Below are positions 20,564 to 30,017 of a stretch of DNA of 64,000 nt, in pieces (the stretch's first letter is position 1; every line of letters starts with the position of its first letter). Below the pieces are notes generated by a model. The model worked only from the letters and a program-made list of their open reading frames with translations, was not told the origin of the DNA and made no database searches. This DNA comes from Candidatus Bathyarchaeota archaeon (lineage in GTDB: Archaea > Thermoproteota > Bathyarchaeia > Bathyarchaeales > Bathycorpusculaceae): assembly GCA_963767735.1 (NCBI GenBank), contig CAVYES010000004.1, positions 128,001 through 192,000 of the forward strand, read 5' to 3'. The position numbers were made by a program, and so were the translations under genes.

Positions 20564-22014
20564 CCATTAAGGTAAACATACATGTTTGTTCCATCATAGA
20601 TGAAAGCGCCGAAGAGGCGGCCATTTAGCGGGGCGGATCCAGCTGGCGCCGTTAAAGTTACCCAAGCTCCACCGATATATAAGCCAAAAACAATGCTTCC
20701 ATTAGCTAGGAGTTCAACATAAAACTGGTTAGCTTTATACACCAAGTACTGAGCAGCTGCAGATGTCGGCGAGAACCAGCATGTACATGAAAACTTGGAT
20801 AAGCCGCCGAAATCAATTACATTAGCAGGCACATCAACATATGAACCGTTTCCATTAAACATTAAAACTTCTGTTTCTGGCCCTGGAATCCAAGTGCACC
20901 CAGAGCCTATTGTCCCATTATTTGCGTTTGGACTTTGATCTGTCGCCACTGTGCCTTGGCCTTCGCCAAGATGATAAAAGCCTAACAAACTTTGCAAGCT
21001 CACACTTGCACCCTGCATTTGATCACTGCTCACGGGCAAAGTACTAAGGGCTGCTGTTGAAGTTGCCATGGCATCGACTAGGTTGCTGAAGTCGTTAACT
21101 GAATGCACAATTTCAATAGTTGCCTTGGTCAAAGTTTTTGTTATGCAGCAAATTTCGTAGCTCCCCGAGAGCCCAAAAGCTGCACCGTTCGTAACGGTAA
21201 CCAAGTCGCCGCTGTTGAGCAGTGCTGCCTGAGCAATATCGCACACGAGGGGAGAGCCGCTATTGGTTTGCTGGAGGCTTTGCAGGTATTCCGTTGCAAG
21301 GCTATTTAGTGTCGCTTGGCTCATAGCGATTTTGTTGGTTAAGGTTTTAACGCTGTAACCAGCGCCTGTGTTACCTGCTGAACCCGAAATAGCATTTCCA
21401 GCTTGATCGACGCCGCGGATAATTACTCCATCATAGCCCGCTTTGCTTCTGTCAATATCCACTTCGCTCTCTGTGTCAATTGTTATGGCAGTGGGCGTTT
21501 GACTTCCCTTTAAGGCGATATTTACGGTGTTGCCTGTATTGAACAAATTTAAGCCTAAAATATTGGCAACATTAAGCGCCGCGGTGTAACAGTCCGTTGA
21601 ATTAAACTGTGTGCTAATGTCTGTTGTCGGGCAGGATCCAGCGGTCATGCCGCAAGCTGCGCAAATTGAAGCCAAGATTGACGATGCAGCCACATTATTA
21701 TATTTTCCAGTGATGGTCTGCTTTTTCATTAATTCAAAAACGCTATTGTAAACCGTGGCTGTGATGTTGAGGAATTTTGCTTTGTATGCTCGTAGTAATC
21801 CAGCAAAGACGCTTGTGCTTCCCCAGAGGATTTGAATTTGCTGATCGGTTTGGACAAAAGCCAAGTTCACTGGTGTGTTAGGAAGAATAAAGTCTAATTC
21901 TTGTTCGCCGGATGCTCCTAACTGACCGTTGATTTCGTCAACTATCTGATCTATTACGGCGTCAGTTTTGGTAGTCCAGGTGCCGCCAGACAAATATTGG
22001 ATCGTCCATGACAT
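20497..22014 (-). CDS. Tail hub/Tal-like protein with C-terminal LamG domain (truncated at about 20564)
   Basis: Position after Dit; GFYHLGEGQGTVATDQS..FNGNGSYV..YDGTNMYVYLNG LamG motifs. Confidence 0.75.
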   Translation of the reverse strand: MSWTIQYLSGGTWTTKTDAVIDQIVDEINGQLGASGEQELDFILPNTPVNLAFVQTDQQIQILWGSTSVFAGLLRAYKAKFLNITATVYNSVFELMKKQTITGKYNNVAASSILASICAACGMTAGSCPTTDISTQFNSTDCYTAALNVANILGLNLFNTGNTVNIALKGSQTPTAITIDTESEVDIDRSKAGYDGVIIRGVDQAGNAISGSAGNTGAGYSVKTLTNKIAMSQATLNSLATEYLQSLQQTNSGSPLVCDIAQAALLNSGDLVTVTNGAAFGLSGSYEICCITKTLTKATIEIVHSVNDFSNLVDAMATSTAALSTLPVSSDQMQGASVSLQSLLGFYHLGEGQGTVATDQSPNANNGTIGSGCTWIPGPETEVLMFNGNGSYVDVPANVIDFGGLSKFSCTCWFSPTSAAAQYLVYKANQFYVELLANGSIVFGLYIGGAWVTLTAPAGSAPLNGRLFGAFIYDGTNMYVYLNGLDTRLLTSIKHIQLKPCRLVL

Positions 22015-22016
22015 GT

Positions 22017-22445
22017 CTATAGCACCACGTAGTTTGCTGCAAACTTGAAGACAAGAGTAAATTTGATCGCTGGCTGATTGGCGTAATCTTTTGTTTCTGT
22101 GAAGGTTGCTTTGTCAAATTTCCATGTGGCGTTTAGACTGGGCCGAGGAGTGCTTAACGTAACCAGTAAATGGAGCATTCCCAGTAAGGGAATAATGTAA
22201 GTAGTGTCGATAATGCTTTTGCTTGATCCTGCTATGTAGAAAAAGCCTTCCATAGTTAAAGTGCGCACATCATTGCAGACGGAAACAAGAGTAGTTCCCT
22301 GCTCAGGTATATTGATTGAAGAATCATCTACCGTTGGAGATTCATCTGTATTAGTCTGTGGAGCAAATGGCAACGTAACTGTTGTGGACCCTTGCGATAT
22401 TTGCCAACTCATTAATTTTTCCTCGCTATTAACATGTAATTCCAC
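22017..22445 (-). CDS. Distal tail (Dit-like) protein
   Basis: Position after TMP; RTLTMEG and IKFTLVF beta-strand pattern. Confidence 0.6.
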   Translation of the reverse strand: MELHVNSEEKLMSWQISQGSTTVTLPFAPQTNTDESPTVDDSSINIPEQGTTLVSVCNDVRTLTMEGFFYIAGSSKSIIDTTYIIPLLGMLHLLVTLSTPRPSLNATWKFDKATFTETKDYANQPAIKFTLVFKFAANYVVL

Positions 22446-22579
22446 GCATTCCCGTCTGGATGTGCGTCTGCGATATTTTGATCCAAGTCTTAAAAGTCAC
22501 AAAATACCTTAGCTGCAAACTATCCATCGTCCCATGAGTTTAAATTATTGTTTTTTCAAATGAAGTTAGGCAGTAGAAA

Positions 22580-22825
22580 ATGCAAAAGCCACCCATAATT
22601 ATAGAGATTCAGGAAGCAATCAAACTATGCGAAGAGGCAGGGCGTAAGCCGATACTTATACTCATTAACCCAGAAGTGTCAGATAGGCTGAGTGAAGAGG
22701 TGAAAAACTATCCACCAGGAACAATTTCCTTCAACGAAATTCTCGGATTAAAAGTGATTGAGAATCAAAAGATTAAAGATTTCTATATCGTTGACGAAAG
22801 AAGCTGGGCAGAACAGAAATGGTAA
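22580..22825 (+). CDS. Small protein resembling an isolated HK97-fold A-domain (DUF1884/family 4 encapsulin-like)
   Basis: IQEAIKLCEEAGRKPILILINPE..EILGLKVIEN..FYIVD pattern; antisense to the tail operon. Confidence 0.5.
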   Translation: MQKPPIIIEIQEAIKLCEEAGRKPILILINPEVSDRLSEEVKNYPPGTISFNEILGLKVIENQKIKDFYIVDERSWAEQKW

Positions 22826-22853
22826 AACTTGTTCCAAACTAAATAACAAATAT

Positions 22854-24239
22854 CTAAGTCACCTTGTTAATTATGCCTTTTTTGTACATTGCATCGCAGA
22901 TGCCTTTGTTTACGGCGTCTCGTGTCTGCTTAAGTGAAGCTGTTCCGGTGATGCTGCCAATTGTGATGTTGGGTGAGCCGATTGTCACGTTGCTGGTTCC
23001 GCCGCCCCCCTTGACTGAGACGTTTCCTGCTAAGCCTTGAAGGCTAGATCCAAGCGTGTTAGTTTTATGCGTTAACTGATCGCTCAGCGCTATGCTCTGC
23101 GTAACCTGTTTGTTGAATTCTTCAGCCGCAGGCGCTGCGTGGGCAAAGCACAAATGGCTAAGAGCTGAGCCTAAGCCGCCGATTAAATCAGACAATGGTT
23201 TTACCGCATTTGCAACGGCGCCAATGGCTGTCTCAAAGGCTTTAACAGGCACTAATGCAAAGTCCAAATCTGCAACTAAAACTTCTTTGAAAAAGTTAGC
23301 TACCGGCAACAAAATGTTGCTGTATGCCCAGCTAAGCCCGCTCCATAAGGCATCTCCAGCATTTTTCAAAGCGTTAAATGCGGAAAGAACTGAGCCTCCT
23401 ATTATGGTACCTATGTCGTTGATTACGTCGCGGAAGGGCTTGCAATACGTGTAAGCGGCTATTACACCTGCCACCAAAGCAGCAATGGCAAGAACGACTA
23501 AACCAATCGGGTTAGCATCCATAACAACGTCAAGAGCTGCCTGGGCGCCTTCCCACATTTGAGTCGCATGACTCGCCAAAGTCATAACATTAATTACTGC
23601 AGGAATGACCGTAAGAGCCGACATCATCAAGGTACTGTTATAGTTGCGGTTTGCCTCTGCCACTCGTTCTTGATCTACTTGCTGAGTTTCAATAGCTAAA
23701 TTGAGCTTGCTTGTTGCATCTTGTGCTTGAATGCTGGTTTCGCCGTATTTTGCAACGGCCACGTTATAGGCTTGTTGCGCTAAGGTTACAGAGTTGGCCG
23801 CTTTTTCTTCTGTTAAATTCGCTCTTGCGAGTGATGTTTGCGCGTTTTCTATGTTATTTACAGCCATATACAACATGGCACCGCTCATCGCAGCGCTATT
23901 CATCTGCATGGCGTTTTGGCTGAAGCTTTGGCTTGAAGCCTCCGTTGCGTCGCTTGCTTCCCCAGTGCTGACGGTTATTTGGTTCATGCTTACTTGGGCT
24001 GTGCTTCCAGCTTGATTTAATGAATCCTGCATTTGGCTAGTATCAGCCTGCACGGTTGTCGTCATAGTTGAAACAGAGCTGGAGGTTTGTTGCATGCTAT
24101 CTGAAACGTCGGTGCTCATTGCGTCGGAAGCTTCGCTGACATTGCTGCTCATATCGGTAAAGTTGCTGCTGACCTCTTGAAAAACGTCTGAGGCGTCATC
24201 AGTCGCAACAATGTCTATTTCTGCAGGAGCCCCACTCAT
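22854..24239 (-). CDS. Tape measure protein
   Basis: IDIVATDDAS start, ANPIGLVVLAIAALVAG motif, Ala/Ser-rich helical composition. Confidence 0.85.
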   Translation of the reverse strand: MSGAPAEIDIVATDDASDVFQEVSSNFTDMSSNVSEASDAMSTDVSDSMQQTSSSVSTMTTTVQADTSQMQDSLNQAGSTAQVSMNQITVSTGEASDATEASSQSFSQNAMQMNSAAMSGAMLYMAVNNIENAQTSLARANLTEEKAANSVTLAQQAYNVAVAKYGETSIQAQDATSKLNLAIETQQVDQERVAEANRNYNSTLMMSALTVIPAVINVMTLASHATQMWEGAQAALDVVMDANPIGLVVLAIAALVAGVIAAYTYCKPFRDVINDIGTIIGGSVLSAFNALKNAGDALWSGLSWAYSNILLPVANFFKEVLVADLDFALVPVKAFETAIGAVANAVKPLSDLIGGLGSALSHLCFAHAAPAAEEFNKQVTQSIALSDQLTHKTNTLGSSLQGLAGNVSVKGGGGTSNVTIGSPNITIGSITGTASLKQTRDAVNKGICDAMYKKGIINKVT

Positions 24240-24379
24240 TTTTTCAAACCTCGCTTAGACTTAGACCTATTTTTATCGCCAAAGCAATAGAGTATCCAGC
24301 CTACAAGAAACAGCAAACAACTTATTGGAAAAAGAATCGTGGCAATTATTTTCCGAATTATTTTATGGTGTTGTTTCAT
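24236..24379 (-). CDS. 47-aa single-TM protein (GWxLY family), absent from the ORF track
   Basis: MKQHHKIIRKIIATILFPISCLLFLVGWILYCFGD...; GGAGG SD; ATGA overlap with the TMP start. Confidence 0.65.
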   Translation of the reverse strand: MKQHHKIIRKIIATILFPISCLLFLVGWILYCFGDKNRSKSKRGLKK

Positions 24380-24381
24380 TT

Positions 24382-24920
24382 TTATCCCTCCGATAATTTG
24401 TGGTACCATACTGCTGATTGAATCAAAAACTCCAATTGAAAATTGGTTAAGCTTGCCGCGTACTCTAGGGTGTAGTGGTAGAGGTTGACGACGGCGGCGA
24501 TCCGCTGGGCTTCGCTGCTCCAGTAGATCCAGTCATTGACCGCCTCAGCTGGCGCGGTAAAAAACCCTCATTAAGCAACGCCTTCTCCAATGCACGCACT
24601 AGATCCCAGGGCGCATCGCGCAGGTCTTTCTCGGTTAAGTCTGGGTAGCAGGGCTTCATCATCTTTAGAAGTGCCTGCAGTTCAAATTCGCGTTGATCAT
24701 CCTTGTAGAATTTAGCCAAATCGCTCAGCTCGTTGTGGGTAAGTAACACGAATTTGACCCATCCGGCGCCGGGCACATTGGCCTCTTGCGGAACCTTACT
24801 GCTTTTGAGCAGGCCTACGCTAAAGTTTTTGAACCGCTCTTTCTGCTCTGCTTCATATTCGTTGAATGCCGCCTTAAGTTTCTCGAAACCTTCGCTATCA
24901 AATTTTTCTTCACTCATCAA
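24382..24920 (-). CDS. Tail assembly chaperone gpG (24465..24920) and -1 frameshift product gpGT (to 24382)
   Basis: Slippery GGGTTTTTTA at 24567..24558; the -1 frame is open: FTAPAEAVNDWIYW..YTLEYAASLTNFQLEFL..*. Confidence 0.8.
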
Positions 24921-25016
24921 ATCACCTCATTTATCGTCAACTTAAATTTCTTTGATAACAGATTTTATCAAAAACGTTAAAATGAAGCAAAAAGGAAGCA
25001 TGAAAGAAGTGATACG

Positions 25017-25871
25017 GTGGAAAAAGTGGGCTGGTCATCCCTGCACAAGATTCTTGGTGATACTACTAGGAGAAGTATTCTAGAGCTGGTTAAGGAAAAA
25101 GATGCGATTAGCTATACAGAAATAATGTCGACCTTGCGAATAACAAACACCGGCAGACTCAATTACCACATCAAGGCGTTGAATGGTCTTATATCTAAAG
25201 ACGACCAGGGAAAGTACCATCTCACAGAGAAAGGACAGCTTGCAATTAACTTGCTTCAGGCCTTCCCTAAAAAAGTTCAGGCGGTGAATGTACCATTTAT
25301 CACTAAGCATTCATTAAAGTTCGCCGCTGCTGCACTCTTGATAATTCTTGGGGTGTTTCTAATCGTCTTTGCTTTTGTTTTCGCCATTTCATCGTTCCAA
25401 GCCGAGGTTGCTACCGCGAGCTATCGTTTTCCCGACCGAACTCTACCCCCGAATACAACTATATTTCTAATGGGAGGAAATGTTCAAAATGCTTCACGAT
25501 ATACCATTCATTGGAATGCCTCAAATCCAATAAACATCTATGTCCTGAATTCAACTCAATATGATGCTTTACCACTTGAGCATAATACAAATGGGGTTTT
25601 GTCGAATTTCACTGGGATGCCCTCAGTGTACTTAGATAAATACACTTTGAAAAGCGATCGTGTTTCGCTGACACTTCCTCAAGGTCAATATTGGTTTTAC
25701 GCAGGATCGACGAGTAATACTACATTGGATTCGCTCTTGGTGACTCAAAAGATAAACCTGACTGGCGGGCCATCACTTTTAGAAAACTTAGAAAACTTGA
25801 CTCCAGTTGGTCTGGGAATTATTATGATTGTCCTTGGCATTTTAATTCGTACTCGTCGGGTTTGGCGATAA
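25017..25871 (+). CDS. wHTH (ArsR-like) membrane-anchored protein, antisense cargo
   Basis: ILGDTTRRSILEL..TGRLNYHIKAL..YHLTEKG, then TM - extracellular domain - TM. Confidence 0.8.
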   Translation: MEKVGWSSLHKILGDTTRRSILELVKEKDAISYTEIMSTLRITNTGRLNYHIKALNGLISKDDQGKYHLTEKGQLAINLLQAFPKKVQAVNVPFITKHSLKFAAAALLIILGVFLIVFAFVFAISSFQAEVATASYRFPDRTLPPNTTIFLMGGNVQNASRYTIHWNASNPINIYVLNSTQYDALPLEHNTNGVLSNFTGMPSVYLDKYTLKSDRVSLTLPQGQYWFYAGSTSNTTLDSLLVTQKINLTGGPSLLENLENLTPVGLGIIMIVLGILIRTRRVWR

Positions 25872-25901
25872 GAAAAACCTAAACGAAGAGAAAGAAAAGC
25901 A

Positions 25902-26324
25902 CTAGAATGTGCTTGTGGCCACACTTTGCGCTTCACCGCTAATATCGTTTGCAATGGTGCCTTTCTGCCCGTTTTTCACGCTGTAAGCCGTTAGGACTAC
26001 GTTGCTTAACGTGATTTTTGGAGTCCCAGACCCTGTAGTCGTACCTTGTGGACCCCAAATAACCGTAACCAACGTGCCGTTTAGAACATCTGTAAGTAAT
26101 GCTGCGTAGTTTGCTGGAACATAAAGTGCTGAAGCCTTGAAGGTGTAGGATTGGTTGCCGCTTGCCGTGAAAGCTGGCGATGGAGATCCGCCTGAAGCGC
26201 AAACGTATTCCTTAATCATTTCCGCTTTAACATCCAAAGTGAAGTCAGTGAGGAAACCGATTGCCGCTCCGCCCACCTGAACAACTGCATTCCGACTTAG
26301 AACTGGCGTAGTAGCTAAACTCAT
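25902..26324 (-). CDS. Major tail (tube) protein
   Basis: Position, size and tail-tube beta-rich pattern. Confidence 0.75.
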   Translation of the reverse strand: MSLATTPVLSRNAVVQVGGAAIGFLTDFTLDVKAEMIKEYVCASGGSPSPAFTASGNQSYTFKASALYVPANYAALLTDVLNGTLVTVIWGPQGTTTGSGTPKITLSNVVLTAYSVKNGQKGTIANDISGEAQSVATSTF

Positions 26325-26363
26325 AATTTTTCACCTCGATTACAATGATTACTTTGAAGACCG

Positions 26364-26726
26364 TTAACCTTGAAGTAAATCTTGGATTTGCTGCTCAATC
26401 TCAGGAGCGAATTCGCTAAGATGCTGATTAACAGAGTTAGTAAGGAAAAGCCTCGCAGACATCTTTCTAGTGCCAAACTCCACATAATACGCATAAGGCG
26501 CTGTAGCCTTGATTTTGATTTGAAAATTGCTGGGTTGCTCGATTGCTATTGTACTTTTTAAATATCCCGTTCTGACTGGAACTAACGTGTTTGCAGTCGC
26601 CAAAATATCTTGAGCAACATTCATCATAGCCCGCCCCACAGCCTCCGGGTACTGCTCACCAAGGCAATCAAAGCAACTGCTCAGCACATCAAAATTTGAC
26701 AAGTTGACCCGAATAGAAAGACTCAA
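26364..26726 (-). CDS. HK97 gp10-like tail completion protein
   Basis: PVRTGYLKSTI..YAYYVEFGTRKMSARLFL. Confidence 0.9.
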   Translation of the reverse strand: MSLSIRVNLSNFDVLSSCFDCLGEQYPEAVGRAMMNVAQDILATANTLVPVRTGYLKSTIAIEQPSNFQIKIKATAPYAYYVEFGTRKMSARLFLTNSVNQHLSEFAPEIEQQIQDLLQG

Positions 26727-26761
26727 ATTTTTTCACCTTTGATGGAGGCCGCTGTTTTCTT

Positions 26762-26881
26762 CTAAGCTATTTTCGTTACTCTGTGTTCTACTAGAACCTG
26801 GGAACCGTTTTTGTAAGTCACAGTCCAAGATGTAAATCGAGTTTTAAATTTCTGGTTTGCCGCCCTTTTTTGTTCTGCCAT
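26762..26881 (-). CDS. 39-aa hypothetical viral protein
   Basis: GGTGA SD plus ATG; fills the gap in the operon. Confidence 0.45.
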   Translation of the reverse strand: MAEQKRAANQKFKTRFTSWTVTYKNGSQVLVEHRVTKIA

Positions 26882-26894
26882 TTATTTCACCTGC

Positions 26895-27335
26895 CTATTG
26901 AGTTGAAATGCTGAAGTACACGGCGTCAACGTTGATCATGACGCGGGTTACTTCGGTTGCGTTACTGTGAATTGGTTCTCCGGTTACTGCATAGTTTGGG
27001 TCTTGCAAGTGGATAATGCGGGTAACTTCAGCCTGCAATGCTTCTAAAGTGGATTCTGCAGTCGCTAAATCAGCTGTGCTTTGGCTTGCGTTAATAACCA
27101 TTATGTCGACGACAAGTTTTTCAGTAACCAGGTAGCATTCACGGCTAAGCGCATCAACTTGTTTGTTGGGGCTCGCATTATAGACGGCTATTTGCAGCGG
27201 TCCTTTTCCCTGAGTAATCCCAATCACATCCATACGCGTTATAGGCCACAAAATATTTGCGGCAGCCACCGGACTTGATAGCCCCCAATTCTCCTGCAGC
27301 AACTCCGAAACTGCATTAGCCTGATTAACTGACAT
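26895..27335 (-). CDS. Putative tail terminator protein
   Basis: Position and size. Confidence 0.55.
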   Translation of the reverse strand: MSVNQANAVSELLQENWGLSSPVAAANILWPITRMDVIGITQGKGPLQIAVYNASPNKQVDALSRECYLVTEKLVVDIMVINASQSTADLATAESTLEALQAEVTRIIHLQDPNYAVTGEPIHSNATEVTRVMINVDAVYFSISTQ

Positions 27336-27349
27336 AACGTTAAACTCCC

Positions 27350-27832
27350 CTATTGAAAGAAATAAGGCCCGCGACCTGGAACCCTAAACCCAAGAGTAGC
27401 TTTAGCTCCTGCAGCAACAGTTGATAGATTTACTATGTTATGGTTAAAACTGGTTTGGTAACTCTGCACTGCCTCTTGCAAAGCAAACTTTTCAATTGTG
27501 CCCTTCGTAACGAAAAGATCGCCTAACTTATAATCAGTTGCTCCAAGCATTATCCCGCCACTAGCAGCTACCAAAATATCAATACAAGCTAAATCTGTAG
27601 CCGCTAACTCAGCTGCAGGTTCACGAGGATCTAAACAACCAGGACCACTCAAAGAGGGCACAAGGCTAAAAATGTACTTATTAGCATGATCAATCTGACT
27701 CTGTAAGCAACTTTCAGAAATAGTTAAGCCAAAAATGGTACAATTGCCATTATCGTCAGGGCCAGTAATATTTAGATGGCTTACAACTTCACTTAGCGTA
27801 GTGAAAGCAGGAGTAAAAGGAACCCAACTCAT
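27350..27832 (-). CDS. Putative head-tail adaptor (gp6/gp15-like)
   Basis: FTTLSEVVSHL..QIDHANKYI..YKLGDL pattern. Confidence 0.6.
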   Translation of the reverse strand: MSWVPFTPAFTTLSEVVSHLNITGPDDNGNCTIFGLTISESCLQSQIDHANKYIFSLVPSLSGPGCLDPREPAAELAATDLACIDILVAASGGIMLGATDYKLGDLFVTKGTIEKFALQEAVQSYQTSFNHNIVNLSTVAAGAKATLGFRVPGRGPYFFQ

Positions 27833-27903
27833 ATTTTCAAATCACCTTAAATAATTTGCACCGGAAAAAACTATTGTGCTTAGTTAAGATTTGTTTTTTC
27901 AAA

Positions 27904-29640
27904 TTACGGTTGATATGTAGCAATGTAAGTATAAGTTCCGACTGCTCCGTTTGCCGTGAATCCTGTAGTTGAAATCGAAGAGGGATAATATGCTGTTGTA
28001 GTGCTGAAGTCTGGAGTTAATGAAATAAGAGGTGTTCCCGCCATTGCCGTTCCGAAAGTCGCAGTTGCTGTTGACCCAGAGCTAATTGTTACCGTTCCGG
28101 ATTCCTGTGTGACAAAGCCGCCAATTCCGCTAAAACTTTCTGTTGCTTCATGCGATCCTGAATAGACGCCTGATAAACCAGGGTACATCATGCCGCCTGT
28201 TACGGTTAAATATGTACCGCCATTAGTTTGCAAAGCATAACTGGCTTGTTCTCCTGAAACCCAACCTAACGTATTCGCGTTTACCTGCAAGTTGCTTCCC
28301 CATTGAAGTTCAACTTCTGCATATGTTCCTGAACTTGCTTGGCTATTTTGATAAATGTCGTTGCAATCAATAATTTCTTGATTTCCGTTTGTTAAAATGC
28401 CATATAACCCATTCTGTTTTATTGGGTCATTATTGGCAACTGTAACAAAAGTAGCGGCAGTAGCGTTAATCCCGCAGCCGCCGTTTAAGGTAATTGCATG
28501 GTTAAGTGTAATTATCGCATTTGCCATGCCATTTCCCGAAGCATCTAATTGAATGCCATCTCCATTGTTACTCTCAAACCACGAAAGAGTAATAGTTGAG
28601 TAATATTGATTTCCGCTGCTATCTCCTGAAAAGCATAATCCGTTATTGTAAGCTCCATACGCGCACACATCTAAAAATGTTGTATCGCTAATTTGTCCAT
28701 AAACGTAGATGTCATTGGAGTATTCAGCTGTTTGATGTGCTTTGTTTCCATCAAGAGATATATCCTCGACTCCCGCAAAATGAACAAATGAACCAGTAAC
28801 ATAAGGTGTAACTTCAAACAGGTTGCAGTTTGCGCCGCTTGCTAATGTGATAGTTAGGTGAGAACTTAATCCAGATACGCCTAGACCTTTAGCGTATTCT
28901 CCGCTATAGACGTATAATGTTGATGGTGCTGTATAGTAAGGGTCAACGAAAACAAAGTTGCCGCCAATTTGATAACTCGCTGCTGTTGCAGAGTTAAAGG
29001 TAGTTGCAAGATTGTGGTTTGCGTACCATATTGTTCCGTCTGGCTTCATCGCCATATTAAAAACGTTTGGCAAAACAGTTATTGAATATGTCCCATTCGT
29101 CAGTATTGAGTATAAGCCGCTTTGATAATAGCCGAATTGTGAAGCAAAATCACCGCCTGTAATCTTAGCGCCGTTTCCGACACTTGCGAAATCTAAGCCT
29201 GTTACTAAAGGATCACAGTCAAGCCAACAACCAGCAGGAACAGCTAAAGCATCACCTGTCATAATCATTGGTCCAACGATAATGTGAGAAGGATTTATGG
29301 CAAATACTGAAGAAAAAACTGAAGCCTGATTTGTTGAAGATTTGATAATTGTTCCGTTTGGTGCTTTTGCGTCATATAAACTATTAGTAGCAAACGCTGG
29401 GTCCTTGTAAATTTGCCAAGAAGGCGTTATCTGCTGAGTACTTGAAACATTATTAACAACAAGCGAAACACCAACGAGCGCAACGACAATACTCGCAATT
29501 AAGGCAGCAACAACTGCAGTCTTTTGAGTTGAAGTCATGCCCGTAACAGCTGAAGTTGTTGATGCCGGCGAAGAACCTCCGCCTGGGGGCGGTTGATAAC
29601 CAAAAAAAGGAAGCTTCCTCAAACAACAGAGCCTCCACAA
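27904..29640 (-). CDS. Right-handed beta-helix (pectin lyase-like) protein with N-terminal TM helix and tail-fibre-type C-terminal domain
   Basis: ISLDGNK and NNGDGIQL repeats; SGTVTI..TFGTAMAGTP..STTGFT; true start may be slightly downstream. Confidence 0.7.
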   Translation of the reverse strand: MWRLCCLRKLPFFGYQPPPGGGSSPASTTSAVTGMTSTQKTAVVAALIASIVVALVGVSLVVNNVSSTQQITPSWQIYKDPAFATNSLYDAKAPNGTIIKSSTNQASVFSSVFAINPSHIIVGPMIMTGDALAVPAGCWLDCDPLVTGLDFASVGNGAKITGGDFASQFGYYQSGLYSILTNGTYSITVLPNVFNMAMKPDGTIWYANHNLATTFNSATAASYQIGGNFVFVDPYYTAPSTLYVYSGEYAKGLGVSGLSSHLTITLASGANCNLFEVTPYVTGSFVHFAGVEDISLDGNKAHQTAEYSNDIYVYGQISDTTFLDVCAYGAYNNGLCFSGDSSGNQYYSTITLSWFESNNGDGIQLDASGNGMANAIITLNHAITLNGGCGINATAATFVTVANNDPIKQNGLYGILTNGNQEIIDCNDIYQNSQASSGTYAEVELQWGSNLQVNANTLGWVSGEQASYALQTNGGTYLTVTGGMMYPGLSGVYSGSHEATESFSGIGGFVTQESGTVTISSGSTATATFGTAMAGTPLISLTPDFSTTTAYYPSSISTTGFTANGAVGTYTYIATYQP

Positions 29641-29903
29641 TCAACGTGTAAAACTTGGCTGCCACTATTAGCAACAACCCAAATCAAATTTAACTGAGTA
29701 TTAAGCTTCTCTTCAGCAGCGCCGGCAATTAAAGGAAACTTTTGTGCGCTGCTATTTCCAACCTTAATTACATCAGTATTATTTGAGTCAGCAAGTAAGG
29801 TTACAGATGCTCGTTGTAATGTATCGGTACTTATAGCTGCAGGGATTGTAGTTACAGTTACGTCGAAAGATAGACTATCAGGTTGACCTTTAACTCCACT
29901 CAT
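29619..29903 (-). CDS. Small beta-rich virion protein (putative)
   Basis: ADSNNTDVIKVG pattern; lies within the virion operon. Confidence 0.55.
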   Translation of the reverse strand: MSGVKGQPDSLSFDVTVTTIPAAISTDTLQRASVTLLADSNNTDVIKVGNSSAQKFPLIAGAAEEKLNTQLNLIWVVANSGSQVLHVDCGGSVV

Positions 29904-30017
29904 CTTAAATTCCTCTTAATAGTTTTTTCATTTTATTTTTGTCCGGTTTACCTAATCTAAATTATAATTTCAGTTATTATGAAAACTTAAAAAAAGAAAA
30001 GGAAAATTTTATGCTGT

